A DNA stretch of 64,000 nucleotides from Candidatus Helarchaeota archaeon (GTDB taxonomy: Archaea > Asgardarchaeota > Lokiarchaeia > Helarchaeales > RDOG01). The stretch covers positions 68,699 through 132,698 of the forward strand of contig JALGVI010000003.1 in the NCBI GenBank assembly GCA_029838215.1, in the 5' to 3' direction. The notes beneath the pieces were generated by a model. The model had not been told where the DNA came from. It made no database searches and saw nothing but the letters and a program-made list of their open reading frames with translations. A program made the translations under genes and the position numbers. This document shows, piece after piece, positions 14,191 through 21,893 of this stretch. Numbering within the stretch: position 1 is the first letter of the stretch; the number at the start of each line of letters is the position of its first letter.

Positions 14191-16575
14191 CTAGAGTTGG
14201 TGTTCTAGCCGTTTTATGATATCACGTTGAATGGAAGACCCGAGATCAACGAAAAGAGCATTATATCCTCCCACTTTCACGATGAGATCTGGATAGTTCT
14301 CAGGGTGTTTTTGTGCATCTTTCAGCGTGTCGGTTGAAACAACATTGGGTTGAACTTGCATTCCTCCCAATTCGAAATAAGTCTTTAATAGGGCATGGAA
14401 TTTCTCGACTTTTTCATTAGATTGAACGGATAACGGATGAAAACGAACGTTTAATGCGATTCCATTTATTGCGAGATCGTAGTCGAGTTTTGCTACGGAC
14501 TTCAGGATGGCGGTAACGCCTTTTTTGCCGACTCTGTTTACTGGCGACAAGCTATTTGAAATTGGTTCTGCTCTTTTTCTTCCATCAGGTGTTGCATTCA
14601 AGAGAAGTCCCATTAACACGTGAATCCCCATTGAATATGCCCCTGGATTAAATCGCCCGCCTCGGAAAGTCTCATGCTTTACAACTTCCGTGCAGAATAA
14701 CCCCCAAATCTGTCTTGCAAATTCATCTATCTCTTCTTGGTCGTTTCCCCACTTTTCATACTTGTTAATCAATTGTTGTCGCAGCTCTCGACGTCCTTTA
14801 AAATTGGAATTCAAGACCTCAACGAGCTCCGAAATCGTGATTAATTGATCGTCATAAACGAATTTCTTGATGTTATAAAGGGAATCCACCAACGTGGCGA
14901 AACCATATGCAGTAATTGAAGAAAAGTTGTATTTTGCTCCACCTCGCGTGATATCTTTTCCTTGTTCCATGCAATTATCTATTGTCGCCGAGATAAAAGG
15001 TTGTTCGTAATGTATACTTGCTTCCTCGTCCCAAATGTTTGCTATCTTCACTGATTGCTCGATATTGAATCTCAATTGTTGTTTAAATGCATCGAGGAAA
15101 TCATCAAATGTCCGAAATGTAGCAGGATCTCCCGTTTGGAGTCCGTTGAGCCTATTCGAGAATTGACTATATCCATTATTCAGCACTAATTCCAGAACAC
15201 CCGGTAGGTTGATAAACATGGCTCCCGTACAGGCAATTGTATTTGCTTGAGATGTGGGTTCAACACAGCCAATAATCACGTAATTGCGAGCATCTTCGAG
15301 TGAGTACCCGCTTTTCTGCAATGCTCGGATGATAACGTCGTCATTATAAAATGCGATTCCTGAGGTTTCTTGAAAAACCCTTATTGCTTCAAAGAAAAAT
15401 TCTCTGGGAGTATTTGGATGAATCCGCACCGATAAATCGCTGGTGGCAACTCTTAGTTTTCTTTGTGCTTCCAAGAAAAGATATGATAATTCATTTGTAC
15501 CATCCGTCCCATCTTTTTTTAGTCCCCCAATTGTAATGGTCTGCGTGTTTAATCCCAAGGCATTAGAAGCCATTGAATACTCGTCTTGTAGCATCGTAGA
15601 ATTCCAAGTTAATTTAAGATTTAATTCTTCAATGAGTTCCAGCGCAAATTCCTGCGTGAGCTTATTTTCCTGCCTGTCTTTTTCGTAATAGTGCCATAGG
15701 ATTTGATCCAAACGCCCTAATGCCAAGACGCTGCGGTAACAAATGATGTTTACTATGTTCTGCGTGAACCATATTGATTGAATTGCTTCATGAAAAGTGC
15801 CTGCAGGATTTTCAGGAACACGATTCAGGGTTTCCGCAATTAATTTTAATCGATTTTTCTCAGCTGGATCGGCAGCATTTGTAGCCAATTCATCAGCAAG
15901 TTGGGCATGGCGCCTTGCAAATCGGATTCCTGCCTCGTAATATATCTTCACGGCTTCATAAAAATTGAATTTCTTTTCGAATTCAGGATCGTTTCGATCG
16001 AGTTTATCTTGACAGGTAGTCGCTTCCTGAATTATCCCCTTGTAACCTAAATTCAAGACTTTTTCATATCCAAAGCAAATATGTCCTTCATTTGTGCCTG
16101 TCATGATGGCGACATTGGGCGTGTATGCTTCTCGCCGCGACGGGTTCTCGATAAGGTTTTCACGTGCCATTCTTCCAAATATCCGCGTGTCATACAGCGA
16201 TTTATCTCTCCAATAAGGAAGATATTGCTGTAATTCCTCAAATTCAGCCTGATCAATTTGAAACGGCTGGACTTTTCTCGAACGAATATGGTCGACGTGT
16301 TTCTGTTTTGTGAAATCTCGAAATGAATAAAGGTCTAGAGCAATTTTTTCACCTAAATTCTTACTCGTTTCCGCTCCGACCAGTATTTCATCATCTCTTA
16401 TAAAAATCGTTTGTTTTTCAAGAGTATTTTGGAGTGCTCTGGCCCTCTTGATGATGATTGGTTCTTGCTCATGCTGTTTGTATGCTTCTGTATAGAACTT
16501 AGCCCGCTCGATGCAGACTTCATAAGGACTCGTCAGAAGCTGTTCTTTAAGTCTTGCAATTCTCGGTTCAAGCAT
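14191..16575 (-). CDS. Glycyl radical enzyme (PFL-like, eliminase-type GCVE class)
   Basis: Cys loop IIGCVEP; C-terminal Gly loop YPDLIVKVGGYNALF; ALGRLDQ, GIAFYND; about 794 aa from ATG 16575. Confidence 0.92.
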   Translation of the reverse strand: MLEPRIARLKEQLLTSPYEVCIERAKFYTEAYKQHEQEPIIIKRARALQNTLEKQTIFIRDDEILVGAETSKNLGEKIALDLYSFRDFTKQKHVDHIRSRKVQPFQIDQAEFEELQQYLPYWRDKSLYDTRIFGRMARENLIENPSRREAYTPNVAIMTGTNEGHICFGYEKVLNLGYKGIIQEATTCQDKLDRNDPEFEKKFNFYEAVKIYYEAGIRFARRHAQLADELATNAADPAEKNRLKLIAETLNRVPENPAGTFHEAIQSIWFTQNIVNIICYRSVLALGRLDQILWHYYEKDRQENKLTQEFALELIEELNLKLTWNSTMLQDEYSMASNALGLNTQTITIGGLKKDGTDGTNELSYLFLEAQRKLRVATSDLSVRIHPNTPREFFFEAIRVFQETSGIAFYNDDVIIRALQKSGYSLEDARNYVIIGCVEPTSQANTIACTGAMFINLPGVLELVLNNGYSQFSNRLNGLQTGDPATFRTFDDFLDAFKQQLRFNIEQSVKIANIWDEEASIHYEQPFISATIDNCMEQGKDITRGGAKYNFSSITAYGFATLVDSLYNIKKFVYDDQLITISELVEVLNSNFKGRRELRQQLINKYEKWGNDQEEIDEFARQIWGLFCTEVVKHETFRGGRFNPGAYSMGIHVLMGLLLNATPDGRKRAEPISNSLSPVNRVGKKGVTAILKSVAKLDYDLAINGIALNVRFHPLSVQSNEKVEKFHALLKTYFELGGMQVQPNVVSTDTLKDAQKHPENYPDLIVKVGGYNALFVDLGSSIQRDIIKRLEHQL

Positions 16576-16765
16576 AATTTCAGTCCAACCTATAAATGAA
16601 ATGATACGTGACAAATGATTCTTTATCGTGCAAAAAGTTTTCAGATGAATTGATTGAATTTCCTCTATTTCAACAATTTGTTGAATTTTTTGTTAAATTT
16701 GTAAATAAAAGCTTAATTGGTGTTGTTTTTTCTGTTGAAAATAACAAATTTGATAGGAATTGCTC

Positions 16766-16798
16766 CTTGGTTACAAGAACTCAAACTTGGTAACAAGA
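16766..16798. repeat. Tandem near-palindromic 13-bp direct repeat (20-bp period), candidate operator
   Basis: CTTGGTTACAAGA at 16766 and CTTGGTAACAAGA at 16786 in the divergent intergenic region upstream of the GRE gene. Confidence 0.4.
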
Positions 16799-16892
16799 GT
16801 TTTTTCCTTTCTATTTAAGTCGTGCTAAAGATATTTAAGTAGGCACGGAATTATAATATCTTACTAAAATTCGCGTAAAGAAGTGGTCTAGA

Positions 16893-17069
16893 ATGAGTGA
16901 AGAAGAGAATCCCCCATCTCCCGAAGAATTAAAGGCAATGATGGAAAAAGCTGCCAAAGTTGCAGAAGAAAAACGCGCTGCACAGGAAGCAAAGGTTGGC
17001 TCTTTAGACTTATCTGATAAAGAAGCCCTAGAAAAGCATTTAGCAGATAAGGCAAGTAAACAAGGCTAA
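16893..17069 (+). CDS. Small charged helical protein (58 aa, below ORF-track cutoff)
   Basis: ATG...TAA read manually: MSEEENPPSPEELKAMMEKAAKVAEEKRAAQEAKVGSLDLSDKEALEKHLADKASKQG; followed by a T-rich tract. Confidence 0.6.
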   Translation: MSEEENPPSPEELKAMMEKAAKVAEEKRAAQEAKVGSLDLSDKEALEKHLADKASKQG

Positions 17070-17276
17070 ACTTCTCCTTTCATTTTTTCTTATCAAACAA
17101 AACCGAATCCATCTCATTCCTAATTTTTTTCAATTCTCTGATTTTTGATATTTTAAAATCCAAAATTAATGATTTTAAGACGTCCCGGATCCGTAATAAG
17201 TATTTTAAGTCACGAATGACATATCCGTGAATAAACTAATTTACTAATCTTTGCAAAATACTTAAGAGGTTAAATA

Positions 17277-19289
17277 ATGGCGAAGTCTCCCTTCAAAAAA
17301 ATGTTTGACATCAAAGCAAACTATTACCCGAAAGATCGACTTTCGATCGTTTATGGAAAAAAACACCTGACATGGAAAGAAGAACAGGCTAGAATCAATA
17401 AGCTTGCATACATGCTCAAGAAAAAATATAAAGTGATAAAAGGCGATAAGGTCGCAGTTTTAATGCATAATCGACCTGAATTCGTTGAAGCGAATCTCGC
17501 TCTTCAGACTTTAGGCGCGATTCCCGTTCCTGTCAACTATCGTTATGTTGCATCCGAATTGGAATTCTTATTGAATAATTGCGATGCAATTGGGATCATC
17601 TTTGAAGAAAGTGCTACTGATATTGTAATGGGTGCTAAACCTTCATCTCCAAACGTCCGTTTTTACATCTGTGTTGGTGAAACAATACCTGAAGGAATGG
17701 ATAAATATGATGGCGTTTTGGCGGCAGGTAAAAACAAGGACATTAAAGTAAACGTGGATCCTGATGACGTTGCCGTAATTATTTATACAGGCGGCACGAC
17801 AGGTCGTCCAAAAGGTGTAATGCTCACTTATGAGAATATGCTCGTTAATCAAGAAGCCACGATCAAGCTTTTGGTGACTTTCTTGCCTTCGGTTGATGAC
17901 ATTGATTATCCAAAATACGCAAGAAGCAAGGGTGAAGCAAAATTAATGAACGTTTTGAATCTTTTAATCGGGCAAATGTATCAAAATCTTTTTAAAGGTC
18001 CAGAAGATCGGAAAATATTAGTTTTCGACATTGGAACTAAGACAGGTGTGGACATTCCACCGATGACCATTCGGCAAGTTGAAGAAAAAGTAAAGATTTT
18101 CAACGGAAAACCTGAAAAATATGACGTCCTATTTCGTGGTTCAATTTTCGATCAAATGCGGGATTTTATCAACCTTCTTCCAAAATCGTATAGCAAGAAG
18201 GGCAAACTAAGTCTTCTTCCCACGTTGATCTGGAAATTCCTTTTAGGCGGAGTCAAGTTAGAAGGGTCTTTTGGAGACCGAATGGCAATGATTAATTCGC
18301 TAATGGCAAAACCTGACGATGATAGCCTCCAAAGAATGTTATTGACTCCTCCGATGTTCCATCTGGCTGCGTATGCATTGTGGACTTTCAACTGGCTGAT
18401 CTCCGGTGCTCTAATTGTCATTCCTGAAAGTGAAAGTTTCGTTCCCCAAGAGATAATTGAACTCTCAAATAGAGAGAATATAACATGGACATTTTTCGTG
18501 CCAACACAATGGAAGCGAATAATCAAATATCTTGAGAAAGAACACCCTGATTTCAAGTTGGATTCTCTAAAAGTTGCATTCTCGGGTGCCGCCTTACTTA
18601 GGGCTAAAGTGAAGAAACAAATTCTTAAATACTTCCCTGAAGTTCTAATAATTGATGTCTTTGGTCAAACGGAAATGGCTCCCGCTGCATCCGTGAAAAT
18701 TGATGGTGATGAATCATCTCTTAGAGATCGATCCGTGGGGCAAGTCGTTCCCAACATCGAAATAAAAATTGTCGATGAAAACGGAAATGAAGTACCTGAA
18801 GGCGTTACTGGGGAGATTTATTATCGTGGACCAAACGTGATGAAAGGGTATTACGGTGATGCGGAAAAAACTGCTGCAACAATCGATGAAGACGGCTGGT
18901 TGCATTCAGGTGATTTAGGTTATTTTAAGAATGGCGAGTTGTACACTGTCGATAGAAAGAAAGAATGCATAAATACCGGTGGAGAAAAAGTCTTTCCACT
19001 TGAAGTAGAGGAAATCATTGTTGAGCATCCTGGCGTGAAAGAAGTTTGCGTTATCGGCGTGCCTGATGAGGATTGGGGCTCAACTGTTCGGGCGATCGTG
19101 ATTCCTGAAGAAGGTGCCAAACCAACAGCACAAGAAATCATGGATTTCTGTAAGGGTAAAATGGCGGGTTATAAAAAGCCAAGATCCGTGGTCTTCGTCA
19201 AGGAGTTCCCATTAAACCCTGTTGGAAAAGTTCTTAGGCAAAAAATACGCGAATTATATGGAAAACCGGACCAACCACAAGAAGCTTGA
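17277..19289 (+). CDS. Long-chain acyl-CoA synthetase (AMP-forming) with internal SCP2-like insertion
   Basis: YTGGTTGRPKG, FGQTE, GWLHSGDLG, DRKKECINTGGEKV, GYKKPR, NPVGKV; about 164 aa between TYENM and RMLLTPPMFH. Confidence 0.92.
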   Translation: MAKSPFKKMFDIKANYYPKDRLSIVYGKKHLTWKEEQARINKLAYMLKKKYKVIKGDKVAVLMHNRPEFVEANLALQTLGAIPVPVNYRYVASELEFLLNNCDAIGIIFEESATDIVMGAKPSSPNVRFYICVGETIPEGMDKYDGVLAAGKNKDIKVNVDPDDVAVIIYTGGTTGRPKGVMLTYENMLVNQEATIKLLVTFLPSVDDIDYPKYARSKGEAKLMNVLNLLIGQMYQNLFKGPEDRKILVFDIGTKTGVDIPPMTIRQVEEKVKIFNGKPEKYDVLFRGSIFDQMRDFINLLPKSYSKKGKLSLLPTLIWKFLLGGVKLEGSFGDRMAMINSLMAKPDDDSLQRMLLTPPMFHLAAYALWTFNWLISGALIVIPESESFVPQEIIELSNRENITWTFFVPTQWKRIIKYLEKEHPDFKLDSLKVAFSGAALLRAKVKKQILKYFPEVLIIDVFGQTEMAPAASVKIDGDESSLRDRSVGQVVPNIEIKIVDENGNEVPEGVTGEIYYRGPNVMKGYYGDAEKTAATIDEDGWLHSGDLGYFKNGELYTVDRKKECINTGGEKVFPLEVEEIIVEHPGVKEVCVIGVPDEDWGSTVRAIVIPEEGAKPTAQEIMDFCKGKMAGYKKPRSVVFVKEFPLNPVGKVLRQKIRELYGKPDQPQEA

Positions 19290-19392
19290 ACCAATTTTAA
19301 CTTCTCTTTTTATTTTATTTGCTTTTTTTTATTTTTTTTCTATTTTGAAGCATCAATATATTTTTGAGGATCTTCTCCGAAAGAAAGAATTG

Positions 19393-19908
19393 ATGGTATT
19401 GCCTGAAAAAGCTCTCGAATTTGCACGACAAAAACATGCCGGACAAAGAAGAAAAGTGAGCAACGCCGAGTATGTCGTCCATCCAATAAACGTAGCAAAA
19501 ATTCTTGAGAAATATGGCTGTCAAGAACCATTCCTAAGTGCTGCACTTCTACATGATACGATCGAAGATACTTCGACAACCTATGACGAAATTTTGGTTC
19601 AATTTGGACGCGATATTGCTGACTTGGTTCGAGAACTCACGAACGATAAGAGAGAAATAAAAAAAATTGGCAAGACGCAATATCTACTAGAAAAATTAAA
19701 AAACATGAGTTCCAAAGCACTCACGATAAAATTAGCCGATCGATTGGATAATATTCGTGATTTACATTTGGCATCTAAAGAGTTTCGGGAGCGATATTAT
19801 ACTGAAACAAAAGAAATTCTCCAGAATTTGCGTGGCAGCCTGACATCTCTACAACAAGAACTCCGAAAACAAATACTTGAAACTCTGGATGATCTGAACA
19901 TGTCTTGA
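19393..19908 (+). CDS. Stand-alone RelA/SpoT-type HD hydrolase (Mesh1-like)
   Basis: KHAGQRRK..EYVVHP, ALLHDTIEDT, IKLADRLDNIRD; true start likely ATG 19393. Confidence 0.85.
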   Translation: MVLPEKALEFARQKHAGQRRKVSNAEYVVHPINVAKILEKYGCQEPFLSAALLHDTIEDTSTTYDEILVQFGRDIADLVRELTNDKREIKKIGKTQYLLEKLKNMSSKALTIKLADRLDNIRDLHLASKEFRERYYTETKEILQNLRGSLTSLQQELRKQILETLDDLNMS

Positions 19909-19936
19909 AAGCTCCATGTTTTTAATATTAGAATGA

Positions 19937-20992
19937 ATGACCGAGCGTGAAAACGTGCCAACGAGCATTCTCAAGTTAGAAGGACAAACTGTCTACTTTA
20001 AATCAAGTGAAGCCATGGATGAACTCGATTCAGAAACTGTCCAATTAATAGTTACTTCTCCACCTTACTGGAACGTCAGGGACTATGGAGGAGAACAATT
20101 GGGATTTGGACAATCCTATCAAGAATATGTCAAGTCATTGAATCGAGTCTGGAATGAATGCATCCGAGTTTTGAAACCAAATGGGAAAATCGCTGTAAAT
20201 TTCCAACCGTTACCAATCAATTCAAAAAACAGCGGCTTTAATCGTCGCGTTATTAAAAATATCATGCATGACGTGGAAAAATTCATGCAAGAAAGCGGGC
20301 TTTATTTAAGTTCCATGTTTTTCTGGGATAAATCTGAGTATATTAATACCGTCAGCTGGGGAAGTTACCCTAAACCCACGAATATTTACTCAAACACGAG
20401 TTTTGAAGAAATCTTTATTTGGGTAAAACCCGGGAACACGAGAAAGATACCGAAGGAGATTCTTGATCGTAACCTCTTGTCAAAGGAAGAATGGCGGCAT
20501 TGGGCAGTTCGCTGCATTTGGGACGATATTAGTCCTGTTATTAAAATAAATTCAAAAGGTGAAAATCGATTCGGTCATTCTGCCCCTTTTCCTGAAGATA
20601 TTCCTTATCGCGTAATAAAAATGCATACAGTTGAAGGAGAACTTGTCCTTGATCCTTTTCTAGGGTCAGGAACTACTTTAAAAATGTGTAGAATTCTTAA
20701 TAGAAAAGGGATTGGATACGAAATCAATTCGAAATTTCGCAGCTTGATTGAGAATCGAATTCAAGAAGACTGGACGCCACCTTCAATTGAACCTCAATAC
20801 AAGACCATTGGTACAACGACTTTTGGAAAAATATTAACTGACGTGATTGAAGAAACGCTGGCTTACTTGGAAGATGAAAAATTGATAGAAAAAACACCTG
20901 AAACCCTGACACCTTTAAAAAGCAGGATTCTTAAAAAACTTGAGAAAAAATACCCGAGACTTCTCTCAAAAGCATTTTTAAAGAAGGTTTGA
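19937..20992 (+). CDS. Orphan beta-class DNA methyltransferase (SPPY, likely N4-cytosine)
   Basis: Motif IV VTSPPY precedes motif I VLDPFLGSGTT; HSAPFP; IGYEIN; no adjacent endonuclease. Confidence 0.9.
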   Translation: MTERENVPTSILKLEGQTVYFKSSEAMDELDSETVQLIVTSPPYWNVRDYGGEQLGFGQSYQEYVKSLNRVWNECIRVLKPNGKIAVNFQPLPINSKNSGFNRRVIKNIMHDVEKFMQESGLYLSSMFFWDKSEYINTVSWGSYPKPTNIYSNTSFEEIFIWVKPGNTRKIPKEILDRNLLSKEEWRHWAVRCIWDDISPVIKINSKGENRFGHSAPFPEDIPYRVIKMHTVEGELVLDPFLGSGTTLKMCRILNRKGIGYEINSKFRSLIENRIQEDWTPPSIEPQYKTIGTTTFGKILTDVIEETLAYLEDEKLIEKTPETLTPLKSRILKKLEKKYPRLLSKAFLKKV

Positions 20993-21056
20993 GAGATATA
21001 TCAATAATTAAGATATTTTTGTAGAAAAAAATTTCATTTTTAACTGAGGTGAAGAA

Positions 21057-21869
21057 ATGCCGCACGTAAAATTAAAGAATGGTTATAAAGTCCATTATAT
21101 TGAAAATGGAACTGGAATGCCGGTTGTTTTCATACATGGTTTTTTAGGATCATCTTGGCTTTTTGAAGCTCAAATTGAGCATTTTTCGAAAAATTATCGT
21201 GCCATTGCAATCGATCATCTTGGTCATGGAAAGTCGGATAAGCCTGAAGAAGAACAATATAAACTCTCGGATCTTGCTAAATATCTTGACGAAGTTCTTC
21301 AACAAATCGTTGGCGATGAGAAGATCGTGCTTGCAGGACATAGTATGGGAGGAATGATCTCGCTAATATATGCAACGACACCTGATTTTGCAAGAAGATT
21401 ACGGGGATTAATTTTAATGTCAACGGCTCCAAAACTTCAAAATCCCGGTCTCATCAAATATATTGAAGATATTGATGCTGGAAATTTGAAAATCGTAGAA
21501 CGAGATTCCGTATCCACGATCTTGGTGGATTTGTGCTTTCATCGTTCATATAAGCGAGCTCATAAAGATCTTGTCAAGGAGTTCATAGATCTCACATTGG
21601 AAAACAAAGAATTCGTCGGAGTTCGGACGATGCACTCTATCGTTCTGGATTATAATGTGGAAGATAAATTAAAGACGATCTCCGTTCCAACATTAATCTT
21701 GACAGGTGATAAGGACATCTTCATACTTCCGAAAGAGTCTGAATTAATGAATGAACTCATCCCTAATTCGAAATTAGTTAAATTCTCACCAAAAATAGGT
21801 CACATGATCCAATTTGAGGCACGAGAAGAATATCATAAAGCTGTCGATGAATTCTTACAACAAATTTAA
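21057..21869 (+). CDS. Alpha/beta hydrolase
   Basis: HGF oxyanion motif, DHLGHGKS, GHSMGG nucleophile elbow, GDKD, GHM. Confidence 0.92.
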   Translation: MPHVKLKNGYKVHYIENGTGMPVVFIHGFLGSSWLFEAQIEHFSKNYRAIAIDHLGHGKSDKPEEEQYKLSDLAKYLDEVLQQIVGDEKIVLAGHSMGGMISLIYATTPDFARRLRGLILMSTAPKLQNPGLIKYIEDIDAGNLKIVERDSVSTILVDLCFHRSYKRAHKDLVKEFIDLTLENKEFVGVRTMHSIVLDYNVEDKLKTISVPTLILTGDKDIFILPKESELMNELIPNSKLVKFSPKIGHMIQFEAREEYHKAVDEFLQQI

Positions 21870-21893
21870 CTAAACCTTTCTCATTTTTTTCTT

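Noticed and set aside
19222-19392. 57-aa N-terminal extension on the HD hydrolase in the ORF track
   Set aside because: Overlaps the acyl-CoA synthetase end and its T-rich terminator; ATG 19393 gives the normal domain start
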